From an uncultured Eubacteriales bacterium (lineage in GTDB: Bacteria; Bacillota; Clostridia; Oscillospirales; Acutalibacteraceae), in NCBI GenBank assembly GCA_948762645.1, contig CAQBRY010000004.1, positions 1 through 43,126 of the forward strand: a DNA stretch of 43,126 nucleotides. The letters are read 5' to 3'. The position numbers were made by a program, and so were the translations under genes. Under the pieces are notes generated by a model. That model was not told the DNA's origin. It saw only the letters and a program-made list of their open reading frames with translations, and searched no databases. How positions within the stretch are numbered: position 1 is the stretch's first letter; the number at the start of each line of letters is the position of its first letter. This document shows, one piece after another, positions 17,186-26,943 of the stretch.

Positions 17186-18980
17186 AATGTAAACACCTTT
17201 CCCTACAATTAGGCGACGTAATACTATATAGAGATTTTTTTAACTCTCCTATAAAATATTCTTTCCTTACACCAATATCAATATGATCCCATGGCAGTAT
17301 CTCATTAATATTTCTTTTTCTGTTAGCATAAAAATGAGGATTAATTTCGCACTGATTAAATACTTCTAACCACTTATCAAAATTGAAGCACTCCGTCCAG
17401 CTATCGAACTTAATTCCCATCTCAAAAGCCTTATATAAAACCTTACATAATCTTCTATCACCCCTGGCGAAAACAGCTTCTAAAAAACTTGTATAAGGAT
17501 CGTGCCAATTTAATAATATGTTTCTGCTTTTATTAATACCTTTTAAAAAATTTTGTTTTTCTTTAATTTTATCTATAGTATCCTGCGATTCCCACTGAAA
17601 CGGAGTAAATGCCTTAGGAACAAATGATGACACACTAACACTTATTCTCAATCTCCCAACCCTTGAAGGACATTGTTTATACGTACCTATAATTTTATTT
17701 GCTAAATTAATAATACCCTCTATATCACTATACTCTTCGGTTGGAAGCCCTATCATAAAGTAAAGTTTTACGCTATTCCATCCATCTTCAAATGCCATCT
17801 TACAAGTATCAATTAATTCTTGCTCGGTAACATTTTTATTAATTGCATCTCTAAGTCTTTGGGATCCCGCTTCAGGAGCAAATGTAAGTCCACTTTTTCT
17901 TACGCTTTTAAGTTTTGATGTTATTTCCTTTGAAAATCCATCTACCCTCAAAGAAGGAAGCGATATACTTACACGATCTTCATTTGACCAATCACTTAAT
18001 TTACACAATAACTCATTAATTTTAGTATAATCACTGGAACTTAAAGAAGACAAAGAAATTTCATCATATCCTGTTCTTTGACAAAGATCATAAGATTGTT
18101 TATTAATAGTCTCAACGTCTTTTTCCCTCGTGGGTCTATAAATGAACCCTGCCTGACAAAATCTACATCCTCTTATACATCCTCTAAATATTTCGGATAC
18201 CGCCCTATTATGTACAACATCTATAAGAGGAACAACAAACTTATCTGGGTAATAGCATTTATTTAAATCTTTTATAATTCTTTTCTTTATTCTCGTCGGT
18301 ACGCCTTCTACATTAGGCATAAAGGACCTTATAGTGCCATCCTCATTATAAGATACGTTATAAAATTTCGGCACATAAATACCCTCGATTTTAGAGGCTC
18401 TAAGAAGAAAATCATTTTTGGTTTCGTCAAGGTTTTTGGACTCTCGATAAGCATCCATCAGCTCCAAAAGTACTTCTTCTCCCTCGCCCATTACAAAAAT
18501 ATCTATAAAATCCGCAAGTGGTTCGGGATTATAACTGCATGGTCCTCCGGCAACTACGATTTGTTTAAGTTCGTGTCTCTGAGAAGAATATAGCGGAATT
18601 CCCGCAAGATTTAACATATTTAAAATATTTGTAAAGCTAAGTTCATACTGAAGGGTAAACCCTATAAAGTCAAAATCTGTTATAGGTTCCCCACTTTCAA
18701 GACCATATAATTTTATATCGTTTTTTTCCATTTGAGTTTGCATATCAACCCATGGAGCAAAAACTCGTTCACACCATATATCGTCTTCCTCATTTAAAAG
18801 ACTATATAAAATTTTCATTCCCAAATGAGACATACCAACTTCATAAACATCAGGGAAACAAAACGCAAACCTTATCCTTATATCCTCAAGGTCTTTAACT
18901 GAGCTATTTAATTCCTGCCCTATATACCTTCCCGGTTTTTGGACTTTAAGCAAAAATTCCTCTATCTTCTTATTAATCAT
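17127..18980 (-). CDS. TIGR03960-family B12-binding-domain radical SAM protein
   Basis: 617 aa. N-terminus LLKVQKPGRYIGQELNS and radical SAM motif CIRGCRFC. Confidence 0.85.
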   Translation of the reverse strand: MINKKIEEFLLKVQKPGRYIGQELNSSVKDLEDIRIRFAFCFPDVYEVGMSHLGMKILYSLLNEEDDIWCERVFAPWVDMQTQMEKNDIKLYGLESGEPITDFDFIGFTLQYELSFTNILNMLNLAGIPLYSSQRHELKQIVVAGGPCSYNPEPLADFIDIFVMGEGEEVLLELMDAYRESKNLDETKNDFLLRASKIEGIYVPKFYNVSYNEDGTIRSFMPNVEGVPTRIKKRIIKDLNKCYYPDKFVVPLIDVVHNRAVSEIFRGCIRGCRFCQAGFIYRPTREKDVETINKQSYDLCQRTGYDEISLSSLSSSDYTKINELLCKLSDWSNEDRVSISLPSLRVDGFSKEITSKLKSVRKSGLTFAPEAGSQRLRDAINKNVTEQELIDTCKMAFEDGWNSVKLYFMIGLPTEEYSDIEGIINLANKIIGTYKQCPSRVGRLRISVSVSSFVPKAFTPFQWESQDTIDKIKEKQNFLKGINKSRNILLNWHDPYTSFLEAVFARGDRRLCKVLYKAFEMGIKFDSWTECFNFDKWLEVFNQCEINPHFYANRKRNINEILPWDHIDIGVRKEYFIGELKKSLYSITSPNCRERCLHCGASCFGGGVCFEKSKSKI

Positions 18981-19011
18981 ATAATTGTCTCTCTATCTCA
19001 GTCATTAAAAA

Positions 19012-20517
19012 CTAATCTTTAGGTTTCATCGTCGGGAACATAATTACGTCTCTGATAGATGCACTGTCAGTAAGAAGCATTACAAGCCTGTCTATACCTA
19101 TTCCCAGACCCCCGGTTGGCGCCATACCATATTCAAGTGCAGTAATAAAGTCTTCATCTATCATATTAGCCTCATCATTACCATTGTCTCTTAGCTTCAT
19201 TTGATGATTAAATCTTTCTCTTTGATCTATTGGATCATTAAGCTCTGAATAAGCATTGGCAAGTTCCCTTTTAGTAATAAAAAGTTCAAATCTCTCTACA
19301 AGCTCCGGAACGTCCTTTTTACGCTTCGTAAGAGGAGAAACTTCTACTGGATAATCATATATAAAAGTTGGATCAATTAAATTTTCTTCTACTTTTTCTT
19401 CAAATACTAAATTTAAAATGTCTCCCCACGTATCTAGGCCATTTATATCCAGTCCTAAATTTTTTGCTTCTAGAGCAGCCCTATCTTTATTACCTATGAA
19501 TTCTCCAAAATCTACACCTGTATACTTTTTAACCGCCTGAGTCATCGTCATGCGATTAAACGGTTTAAATAAGTCTATTTCAATACCTTGATAGACTATT
19601 TTACCTTCTATGCAAATAGCCTTAGCGCACTCCCTGATAATATTTTCCGTTATATCCATCATATCATTATAATCAGCGTAAGCCTCATAAAGCTCTATAG
19701 TCGTAAATTCGGGATTATGTTTTACTGACATCCCCTCATTCCTAAAAAGTCTTCCTATCTCATATACTTTTTCCATTCCGCCTACAATGAGTCTTTTAAG
19801 ATAAAGCTCTGGAGCTATCCTCAAATATAAATCTAAATCTAAAGTATTATGATGAGTAATAAAAGGTTTAGCGGCGGCTCCACCGGCTATAACATTTAAA
19901 ACCGGCGTTTCCACTTCAATATATCCCAAGCTATCCAAATAGTTTCTAATAGCTTTTATTATTTTACTTCTCTTTATAAATGTATTCTTTACATCCGGAT
20001 TTACTATAAGGTCCAAATATCTTTGTCTATATCTAGTGTCAGTATCCTTAAGACCATGAAATTTCTCAGGTAAAGGAAGAAGAGATTTTGAAAGTAATTC
20101 AAGCTCTTTGGCATGTACAGATATTTCACCGCGTCTCGTCTTAAATACGAATCCCTTAATACCTACAATATCTCCTATATCCCACGTTTCTTTCATCTTC
20201 TCATAAAATTCACCAGTTACGTCGTCTATCTTCACGTATATCTGAATGTTCCCTAAAGAATCGCTAACGTCCAGAAATGACGCCTTTCCCATATCTCTCC
20301 AACTCATAATTCTACCTGCTATAGAGACATCTTGTCCGTCAAACTTTTCAAAGTTCTCTTTTATATTAACAGAATAATTGTCTTTATAATATTTCGTGAC
20401 CTCAAACGGATCTTCTTTTACGCTTTTTAATTTTGAAAGTTTGTCTCGTCTAATTTTTAAGATTTCTTTGATATCTTCTTCATTTCCCAAGCCATTCATA
20501 TTTTCATTATCAGACAT
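19012..20517 (-). CDS. lysS: lysine--tRNA ligase (class II)
   Basis: 501 aa, full-length, with an OB anticodon-binding domain and class II motifs ([15 protein letters not shown]). Confidence 0.95.
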   Translation of the reverse strand: MSDNENMNGLGNEEDIKEILKIRRDKLSKLKSVKEDPFEVTKYYKDNYSVNIKENFEKFDGQDVSIAGRIMSWRDMGKASFLDVSDSLGNIQIYVKIDDVTGEFYEKMKETWDIGDIVGIKGFVFKTRRGEISVHAKELELLSKSLLPLPEKFHGLKDTDTRYRQRYLDLIVNPDVKNTFIKRSKIIKAIRNYLDSLGYIEVETPVLNVIAGGAAAKPFITHHNTLDLDLYLRIAPELYLKRLIVGGMEKVYEIGRLFRNEGMSVKHNPEFTTIELYEAYADYNDMMDITENIIRECAKAICIEGKIVYQGIEIDLFKPFNRMTMTQAVKKYTGVDFGEFIGNKDRAALEAKNLGLDINGLDTWGDILNLVFEEKVEENLIDPTFIYDYPVEVSPLTKRKKDVPELVERFELFITKRELANAYSELNDPIDQRERFNHQMKLRDNGNDEANMIDEDFITALEYGMAPTGGLGIGIDRLVMLLTDSASIRDVIMFPTMKPKD

Positions 20518-20535
20518 AAAATTTCATCCTCCCAT

Positions 20536-20572
20536 ATAAAAACCGGGAAGAGCAAAAACAGAGCTCTGCCCG
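20536..20572 (-). terminator. rho-independent terminator after greA
   Basis: GC-rich stem CGGGCAGAGC / GCTCTTCCCG (9 of 10 pairs) followed by GTTTTTAT on the minus strand. Confidence 0.6.
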
Positions 20573-20597
20573 AATATACTAATTTAAATTTATAAAA

Positions 20598-21071
20598 TTA
20601 TTTTGATATTTCTACGATCTCATATTTGCATACTCCAGACGGAGTCTTTATATTTAACACATCTCCTACTTTATGACCAAGTAATCCTGCGCCAACAGGC
20701 GACTCATCGGAAATCTTTCCCTCCATAGGATTTGATTCATTTGATCCTACAATTCTATATTCAAAAGTACCGTCATACTCCTTATCATGAACTTTAACTT
20801 TCGATCCCACATGGATTATTTCCGTACTCAGCTCATGTTCGTCTATGATCTTTACGTTCTTAAGTATTCCCTCAATCTCCGCTATTCTGGATTCCATAAT
20901 AGCTTGTTCATTTTTTGCTTCGTCATATTCACTGTTTTCAGAAAGGTCCCCAAACGAAAGGGCTACTTTGATTTTTTCAGCAACTTCTTTTCTTTTAACG
21001 GTTTTTAAATTTTCAAGTTCACTTTCTAGATTTTTTAGACCCTCTTCAGTCAGCAATATTTCTTTTGACAA
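20598..21071 (-). CDS. greA: transcription elongation factor GreA
   Basis: 157 aa. Coiled-coil N-terminus with the [12 protein letters not shown] acidic tip, and an FKBP-like C-terminus. Confidence 0.95.
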   Translation of the reverse strand: MSKEILLTEEGLKNLESELENLKTVKRKEVAEKIKVALSFGDLSENSEYDEAKNEQAIMESRIAEIEGILKNVKIIDEHELSTEIIHVGSKVKVHDKEYDGTFEYRIVGSNESNPMEGKISDESPVGAGLLGHKVGDVLNIKTPSGVCKYEIVEISK

Positions 21072-21181
21072 ATTTATACCACCTTTGTTACTATATAAAA
21101 TATTAAATATCTAAAATTATATGCTAGACTTAAATACATGTCAAATATTCAAAATTATATGTCTTTTTGTCTGAAATTCAG

Positions 21182-21210
21182 TTGATGTTTTTTATTTTTT
21201 TGTTTATAAT
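21182..21210 (+). promoter_or_regulatory. putative sigma-A promoter (TTGATG-17-TATAAT)
   Basis: Consensus-like hexamers 38 nt upstream of the 21248 start. Confidence 0.5.
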
Positions 21211-21247
21211 ATAAAAAGAAACCAAATTTATAAGGAGGTAAAATATA

Positions 21248-22135
21248 ATGGGACAAGAACTAAGACCGTTATCAGCAGCAAATAAAGATCTAACAGATAA
21301 AAAGAATCAGCTAAAAAAAGATCAAGACGATTTCAAAGCTATAAAGAAGAAATTAGAAACTGAAAAAACTAATCAAACTAGTTATGAAAAGAAATACAAA
21401 AAATTGGCAAAAGATCTGGAAAAATACCAAAACGACTGTCGAAAGAAAAACAAAAAGGTAACAGAAAATGATCAAAAAATAAAAAAGTTTAATGATGGCC
21501 TAACACAATTAAATGATAGTATTGCCAACAGTGAAAAATCAATATCACAATATCAAACAACAATTAACAATTTACAACCTAAAATTAGCAAAGGTCAACA
21601 AGGTGTTAAAGATTTAGAGAATGAGCTTCAGAACCTAAAAAATAAACTGAGCGAGAATAGAAAAAAAGTTAAAGAAGTATCAAATAGTCATATTCGTATT
21701 ATTAAAGAACTATGCCAATCGAATGCAAAGTTCTCGTACCCAATGGAAATCGCAGTTAAAGCATTTTTAGGAAATACAAATCTGTTTGAGGCAAAGAATA
21801 GTTTTGAAAGTTCACTTAGTTTATTTAAAGAAAGGTGCCAAAATATGAAAGCAGACGACCTTGGTACCATAGAAAATGCCAATGAAAGTATGCAAACCAC
21901 AACCAGTAACTGTAGTAATTTTATCAGAACGTTAGCCGCTGAGTTTAAGAGTGCTAAAGAGTTGGCTGCAAAAGGTGATAAAGACAAATTTATTGAACAA
22001 CAAAATGCATATAATAATTTTCAAAAGATTATGCAAAATACTGATTTCAACAAAACAGCAGACATGGAAAAAATAAGAACACAATTGGCTGCTCTAGAAC
22101 AAGCCCAAAAACAAATTGAAATAATCGAAGGATAA
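21248..22135 (+). CDS. hypothetical coiled-coil protein (K/N/Q-rich)
   Basis: 295 aa with SD AAGGAGG 9 nt upstream. Heptad-like N-terminal half and helical C-terminal half, with no TM segment or signal peptide. The stop lies 9 nt before rlmB. Confidence 0.6.
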   Translation: MGQELRPLSAANKDLTDKKNQLKKDQDDFKAIKKKLETEKTNQTSYEKKYKKLAKDLEKYQNDCRKKNKKVTENDQKIKKFNDGLTQLNDSIANSEKSISQYQTTINNLQPKISKGQQGVKDLENELQNLKNKLSENRKKVKEVSNSHIRIIKELCQSNAKFSYPMEIAVKAFLGNTNLFEAKNSFESSLSLFKERCQNMKADDLGTIENANESMQTTTSNCSNFIRTLAAEFKSAKELAAKGDKDKFIEQQNAYNNFQKIMQNTDFNKTADMEKIRTQLAALEQAQKQIEIIEG

Positions 22136-22144
22136 AAATAATTT

Positions 22145-22891
22145 ATGCCAAACACGTTAATCATAGGAAGAAACTGCGTAAAAGAAGCTATAAATTCAAA
22201 TAAAAACATAGAACATATATTAATATCAAATGGAGAACTCTCCGGAAGCATACACCAAATTGTAGCTAAGGCTAAAGAAAAAAAAATCGTTATTAAAAAG
22301 GTGGACAGAAAAAAACTTGACACTCTATCCGGAGGAGAAATACATCAGGGTATAATAGCCGTATCGTCACCCATGGCATACAGTGATATCTCTGATATAT
22401 TGGAAACAGCGGAAAATAAAAATGAAAATCCTATAATTTTAATATTAGACGGAATAGAAGATCCACACAATTTAGGGGCTATAATAAGGTCCGCAGAATG
22501 TATGGGGGTACATGGAATTGTACTCCCTAAAAGGCGTTGTGCCACTGTAGGATTCACAGTGCAAAAAACTTCAGCTGGGGCCACTGAACATATTAATATT
22601 GTAAAAGTAAATAATATTGCAAATACTATAGATCATCTCAAAAAATTAGGATTTTGGATTTACTGTGCCGATGCAAAAGGTGACACTTGTTTTAAACAAG
22701 ATTACTCAGGGAAAACTGCTATTATAATAGGATCTGAAGGAAATGGGGTAAGCAGACTTTCAAAAGAAAAATGTGACTTTCTAATTAAGATACCGATGTT
22801 TGGAAAAATAAATTCACTTAATGCATCTGTAGCCGCCGGTATAATAACTTACGAGGTAATGCGTCAAAGAATAAAAAAGGCAGGTATTTAA
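22145..22891 (+). CDS. rlmB: 23S rRNA (guanosine-2'-O)-methyltransferase RlmB / TrmH-family SpoU methylase
   Basis: 248 aa with SpoU motifs LDGIEDPHNLGAIIRSA, IIGSEGNGVS and SLNASVAAGI. Confidence 0.85.
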   Translation: MPNTLIIGRNCVKEAINSNKNIEHILISNGELSGSIHQIVAKAKEKKIVIKKVDRKKLDTLSGGEIHQGIIAVSSPMAYSDISDILETAENKNENPIILILDGIEDPHNLGAIIRSAECMGVHGIVLPKRRCATVGFTVQKTSAGATEHINIVKVNNIANTIDHLKKLGFWIYCADAKGDTCFKQDYSGKTAIIIGSEGNGVSRLSKEKCDFLIKIPMFGKINSLNASVAAGIITYEVMRQRIKKAGI

Positions 22892-22899
22892 AGTAAAAA

Positions 22900-23328
22900 A
22901 TGATAATGATGGCAATAGATTTAGGATTGTCCAGAACCGGTCTTGCTGCATGTGACAAACAAGAACTTATATCTTATCCTCTAGAAACAATTAAAGAAAA
23001 AAACTTTGATAAGTTATGTTTAAAGATTGTAGAAAAAATAAAAGAAATAAAAGCCCAATTAATAGTAATAGGATTACCCAAAAATATGGACGGATCAGAA
23101 GGAGAAAGTGCAAAAAGATCCGTAAAATTTCGAGATGAATTAAAGAAATATTTAGATATTAATATAGTCCTCTGGGATGAAAGAAAAACCACTTCCATGG
23201 CAACCACCTATCTGAATATAACAAATACAAGAGGTAAAAAACGAAAAAATATAATAGATACCGTATCGGCAACTATTATATTAGAAGACTATATTAAATT
23301 TAAAAAATCTTTATATAATAATAAATAA
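22900..23328 (+). CDS. ruvX: Holliday junction resolvase-like protein RuvX (YqgF)
   Basis: MAIDLGLSRTGLAACD N-terminus, GLPKNMDGSEG, and DERKTT. Confidence 0.85.
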   Translation: MIMMAIDLGLSRTGLAACDKQELISYPLETIKEKNFDKLCLKIVEKIKEIKAQLIVIGLPKNMDGSEGESAKRSVKFRDELKKYLDINIVLWDERKTTSMATTYLNITNTRGKKRKNIIDTVSATIILEDYIKFKKSLYNNK

Positions 23329-23420
23329 AAAATTTGTTTTTTAAATAATCACAAAAGTCTTCCACATCTTCATACATTCTTTTAAGTAAGCAAAAAGATT
23401 ACCGAATTTGTCCACCTTTA

Positions 23421-24488
23421 CTAAGCAGAAAAAGAATATACTTTATAATCGTCTTTAATCAGATTAAATTTATCATATATATTTTTCATTACATATATGT
23501 TTTTTGCAGAATCTATAAATATAGCTTCTGCTCCATAATGATTTAAAATTTTAAAACTAGTCTCTTTATCAGCTATGCAACAAACTTTTGAAAGTGCACT
23601 AGCAATAATGGGGTCAGAATAAAACACTGTGGCAGATAAAATATTACTTTTTGGAAGTAATCCGTTTGTGGGATTGATGGCCTTATTTATTTTTTCACCG
23701 TTAAAAAATATTTTATCTGAACTACCACCAAACGTAGATATATATCCATCTCTTACCTTTATATTTCCAATATTAATATCATTATCAAATGGATCCTTTA
23801 AAGATATTTTCCAAAATTGTTGGTCAGGCTTTTCTCCATATAGACCCGTAACATTACCTACAGATATAATACCATAATTTATATCCGAATCTTTATAAAC
23901 GCGAATAGCATTTTTGCACAACACTCCATTAAAAAGATTCTTTAAACTGATTAAAGAAAATTCATCATCCAATTTGACTCTATCAAGATTATGATTAATA
24001 TTTACTAAATTATAATCTACATGTTTTAATGCGTCATTTATTTCCACATCAGACGGAGTTCGGACTTGATTATCTTCAAAACCCCATAATTTAAATAAAG
24101 GTAAAAAAGTAATATCAAAAATACCATTACTATTTTTAGATACGTTGTGTGCTTTATCTAGTATATCAATAGTATTTTTGTCTACTTTAATCCATTTTGT
24201 ACCTGCTCCTGAATTTATCTTGTCTACATCAGATCCGTCTACATCATAAGATAAACTATCTTCAAGCTTTAGAAAATTTTCTTTTACCTTTTTAAATACC
24301 TCCTGAGTATGTCTTCCATAAACAGATTGATGGATGGATCTCCCGGATACTATACTATTGTCTGTTGACTCTTTATAATTTCTTACTGCAAAAGTATATA
24401 TACATATTACCAGTACTATAATAATTGCCAATAAAAAAATCAGAGGAGCATATACCTTAATACCAATTGATCTAGCCTTATTTACCAA
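23421..24488 (-). CDS. apbE: FAD:protein FMN transferase (ApbE family), membrane-anchored
   Basis: 355 aa. TTG start with AGGAGGAG 7 nt upstream, an N-terminal TM segment, and the ApbE-like motif GIFDITFLPLFKLWGF. Confidence 0.75.
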   Translation of the reverse strand: MVNKARSIGIKVYAPLIFLLAIIIVLVICIYTFAVRNYKESTDNSIVSGRSIHQSVYGRHTQEVFKKVKENFLKLEDSLSYDVDGSDVDKINSGAGTKWIKVDKNTIDILDKAHNVSKNSNGIFDITFLPLFKLWGFEDNQVRTPSDVEINDALKHVDYNLVNINHNLDRVKLDDEFSLISLKNLFNGVLCKNAIRVYKDSDINYGIISVGNVTGLYGEKPDQQFWKISLKDPFDNDINIGNIKVRDGYISTFGGSSDKIFFNGEKINKAINPTNGLLPKSNILSATVFYSDPIIASALSKVCCIADKETSFKILNHYGAEAIFIDSAKNIYVMKNIYDKFNLIKDDYKVYSFSA

Positions 24489-24522
24489 TAAATATCTCCT
24501 CCTAAATTATTATAAAAATATA

Positions 24523-24768
24523 TCAATTACTCAAATAAGATTTTATTAATTCCTTAAGGAGTTCATCCCTATCAATTTTAGTTATTAAACTTCTAGCATT
24601 ATTATATTTAGTGATATAAGTAGGATCTTCCGTAAGTAAATAACCTACTATTTGATTAATAGCACTATATCCTTTTTCTATTAGTGCATCATAAACGATC
24701 GTAAGAGTTTTTCTTATACTTGTCTCTTTATCAGTAGGTATTGGAAAAGTCATAGTCTCATCATACAT
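24523..24768 (-). CDS. ireB: IreB-family regulatory phosphoprotein (UPF0297/YrzL)
   Basis: VYDALIEKGYSAINQIVGYLLTEDPTYITKYNNARSLITKIDRDELLKELIKSYL closely matches the UPF0297 consensus. Confidence 0.85.
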   Translation of the reverse strand: MYDETMTFPIPTDKETSIRKTLTIVYDALIEKGYSAINQIVGYLLTEDPTYITKYNNARSLITKIDRDELLKELIKSYLSN

Positions 24769-24824
24769 ATATATTCACCCCGTACGCTTTATAATATAAC
24801 AATTTTATAAATAATTCAACTAAA

Positions 24825-24862
24825 AAAATATAAAAATTGGAGATATATTAACACATCTCCAA
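24825..24862 (-). terminator. rho-independent terminator of paralog A
   Basis: TTGGAGAT-10 nt loop-ATCTCCAA hairpin immediately after the stop, followed on the minus strand by TTTTTATATTTTTTT. Confidence 0.6.
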
Positions 24863-24867
24863 TTCTA

Positions 24868-25818
24868 TTACTTTACCGCATTACCAAATATCTTTTTGTT
24901 TTTTAAGTCATTACGGTTCATTCCCCACGTTTTTATTAATGCTTCAAACTCCGGCATAGTTTTACACTTTTCAACCTTACCAATTATTATACCAGGACTT
25001 TTCTTCCACAAAAAAGTGTCACTAAGAAGTCCCTTACACTTTTGCAGGTCTTTTTCAGTAGCTTTTTGGGTATACCAAATTTCAAAATTCTTTTTATATT
25101 TTAGTAATTTATTAGTAGTATATTCTAGAATCAAGCCATTATATTTTTCTTTCTCTTTATTCAAATTGCTAATAGCATCCTCCGCACAATACAAAGCACT
25201 TAGAACTTCTACAGTTCTACACATAACCAATGCACATATAATTAATTTGTCTCTGTGATAATTCCTTTTATTCAGTATTAATGGCTTCTTTTGCAATTTT
25301 TTAAAATTTCCTCGTTGCTCATCAACTTGCCCTTTACAAGGATCTACGATACATGACCCATTTGACAAAGGACCCTTTATATGTTCGAAATAGAAGTCGC
25401 TAATTTTGTCGTACTTACCTGCTCCTATCTTATCAACTTCCTTTGCAAAAGCAAGGAAGTCCGCGCCTTCGGATTTACAATCATTTAAATATTTCTTTAC
25501 TTTAATCACAAGCTTATCAAAATAATCAAACAGATTATTCAAGTCGTCCTTCTTAATGCTACTATAATTATCGCAGATTTCTTTCCTAAGTATGGCTTTT
25601 AGGCTTGTTGATCTTTTAGCACGGGCATATTCCCTGTTATAATACTTTCGTTCAATCTGTGAAAAAGTCAAATATCCTTTACCTAACTTTTCGTTTGCTT
25701 TTTCTATTTCTGACGCAGTAGTCGGAGCTTCACTTGCTCCCTCCTTTATATTACTAAGATAATCCAAATTGCTATTCTTCACTTTAACAGTATTACTTTT
25801 TCTACCTCTTATTTCCAT
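24868..25818 (-). CDS. hypothetical protein, tandem paralog A (conserved N/C termini, variable core)
   Basis: The track ORF is 24868..25827. The second ATG (25818) lies 9 nt after SD AAAGGAG. N-terminus MEIRGRKSNTVKVKNSNLDYLSNIKEGASEAP; C-terminus ...LSDTFLWKKSP...KCKTMPEFEALIKTWGMNRNDLKNKKIFGNAVK. No family recognised. Confidence 0.65.
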   Translation of the reverse strand: MEIRGRKSNTVKVKNSNLDYLSNIKEGASEAPTTASEIEKANEKLGKGYLTFSQIERKYYNREYARAKRSTSLKAILRKEICDNYSSIKKDDLNNLFDYFDKLVIKVKKYLNDCKSEGADFLAFAKEVDKIGAGKYDKISDFYFEHIKGPLSNGSCIVDPCKGQVDEQRGNFKKLQKKPLILNKRNYHRDKLIICALVMCRTVEVLSALYCAEDAISNLNKEKEKYNGLILEYTTNKLLKYKKNFEIWYTQKATEKDLQKCKGLLSDTFLWKKSPGIIIGKVEKCKTMPEFEALIKTWGMNRNDLKNKKIFGNAVK

Positions 25819-25837
25819 ATGCTTCATCTCCTTTGTA

Positions 25838-25857
25838 ATATATATATATATATATAT
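25838..25857. repeat. (AT)10 dinucleotide microsatellite in the promoter/leader of paralog A
   Basis: 20 nt of perfect AT alternation, counted directly. Confidence 0.95.
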
Positions 25858-25882
25858 TACAAAAAAATATAGATAAATTCAA
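25854..25882 (-). promoter_or_regulatory. putative sigma-A promoter of paralog A (TTGAAT-17-TAATAT)
   Basis: The -35 is at 25882-25877 and the -10 at 25859-25854. The -10 overlaps the upstream end of the AT repeat. Confidence 0.5.
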
Positions 25883-25906
25883 TATATTTTTATAAATAAT
25901 TCAACT

Positions 25907-25938
25907 ATAAAAATTAGAGATATATTAATACATCTCCA
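25907..25938 (-). terminator. putative terminator of paralog B
   Basis: TGGAGAT-10 nt loop-ATCTCTA (one G-U pair) followed by TTTTT. It is homologous in position and sequence to the paralog A terminator. Confidence 0.45.
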
Positions 25939-25944
25939 GCTCTA

Positions 25945-26883
25945 TTACTTTACCGCATTACCAAATATCTTTTTATTTTTTAAGTCATTACGTTTCATTC
26001 CCCATTTTGCAATTAATGCTTCGAAGTCCTCCATAGTTTTACATTTGTTAATCTTATCAATCAACACTCTGGGACTTTTCTTCCATAAAAAAGTGTCACT
26101 AAGATTTCCTCTATACTTTTTCAAGTCGTTTTCAGTAGCTTTTTTTGTATACCACTCGGTAAAATTCATTTTATATTTTTCCAATTTTGATTTATCAGTC
26201 TTTTTTGATCTAAGAAATTTTGTTGCTTCCTCACAAGCACTCTGGATTTTTTCACTCACATTTGCAATTTCTTGATCAAAATTTTCTATATTTTCCTTTA
26301 GTCGTCCATTAACATCTGTTAAGTCAGATATAAATTCCTTGCATTCTTTCATAAACCCGTCTTTTTTTCTTCTGTATTCTTTTAAGTCTTTTGGTAAAAT
26401 TTTATGTTTCTTACTATCATCACATATAGTTTGATAATTATTATTCAATGTCCGGGCTCGTTCTGCATAGTCATCAACTAATACATTGAAAGAGAGACAT
26501 AAATTCTGAACTTTGTCTGTAAAAAGTCTCAAGTCAATTGATTTGACTAAATCTTTTTTATTGCTGCTTTCAAAAAACTCGGGAAAGCTTGAACCTAAAT
26601 TTTTACAATTTCTATTGATAACTATAATTAGATTATTAAGATCTGATTTCTTACTTCTACTATTTGTTTCCTTTTTTTTAATTTCTTCCATATTTTTTTT
26701 AAACGTCTCATACTGGGTTGAAAAATTTTCATACGTAGATTTAATTTGTTTTAAATTAATTTTTTCTTTTTCTTTCGAAGTTACAGGAGCCTCACTTGCT
26801 CCCTTCTTTATATTACTAAGATAATCAAAATTGTTAACCTTTACTTTAACAGAATTACTCCTTTTTTTACCGCTTATTGCCAT
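25945..26883 (-). CDS. hypothetical protein, tandem paralog B (conserved N/C termini, variable core)
   Basis: The track ORF (to 26943, TTG start) reads through the promoter. The ATG at 26883 lies 9 nt after SD AAAGGGGG. N-terminus MAISGKKRSNSVKVKVNNFDYLSNIKKGASEAP; C-terminus ...LSDTFLWKKSP...KCKTMEDFEALIAKWGMKRNDLKNKKIFGNAVK. Confidence 0.65.
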   Translation of the reverse strand: MAISGKKRSNSVKVKVNNFDYLSNIKKGASEAPVTSKEKEKINLKQIKSTYENFSTQYETFKKNMEEIKKKETNSRSKKSDLNNLIIVINRNCKNLGSSFPEFFESSNKKDLVKSIDLRLFTDKVQNLCLSFNVLVDDYAERARTLNNNYQTICDDSKKHKILPKDLKEYRRKKDGFMKECKEFISDLTDVNGRLKENIENFDQEIANVSEKIQSACEEATKFLRSKKTDKSKLEKYKMNFTEWYTKKATENDLKKYRGNLSDTFLWKKSPRVLIDKINKCKTMEDFEALIAKWGMKRNDLKNKKIFGNAVK

Positions 26884-26903
26884 ATTCCACATCCCCCTTT
26901 GCA

Positions 26904-26920
26904 ATATATATATATATATA
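26904..26920. repeat. (AT)8.5 dinucleotide microsatellite in the promoter/leader of paralog B
   Basis: 17 nt of perfect AT alternation, counted directly. Confidence 0.95.
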
Positions 26921-26943
26921 ACAAAAAATAAAGAAAAAATCAA
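26915..26943 (-). promoter_or_regulatory. putative sigma-A promoter of paralog B (TTGATT-17-TATATA)
   Basis: The -35 is at 26943-26938 and the -10 at 26920-26915, inside the AT repeat. It lies immediately downstream of the aroQ stop. Confidence 0.5.

Noticed and set aside
26884-26943. N-terminal extensions offered by the ORF track. Affected genes: paralog B, valS to 39505, trpS to 42677, fba to 29464, ABC ATPase to 32860, permease to 31728, spoIIR to 13939 and the kinase to 34217.
   Set aside because: In each case a downstream start has a properly spaced SD and matches the conserved family N-terminus. The extensions run through promoters or upstream gene ends.
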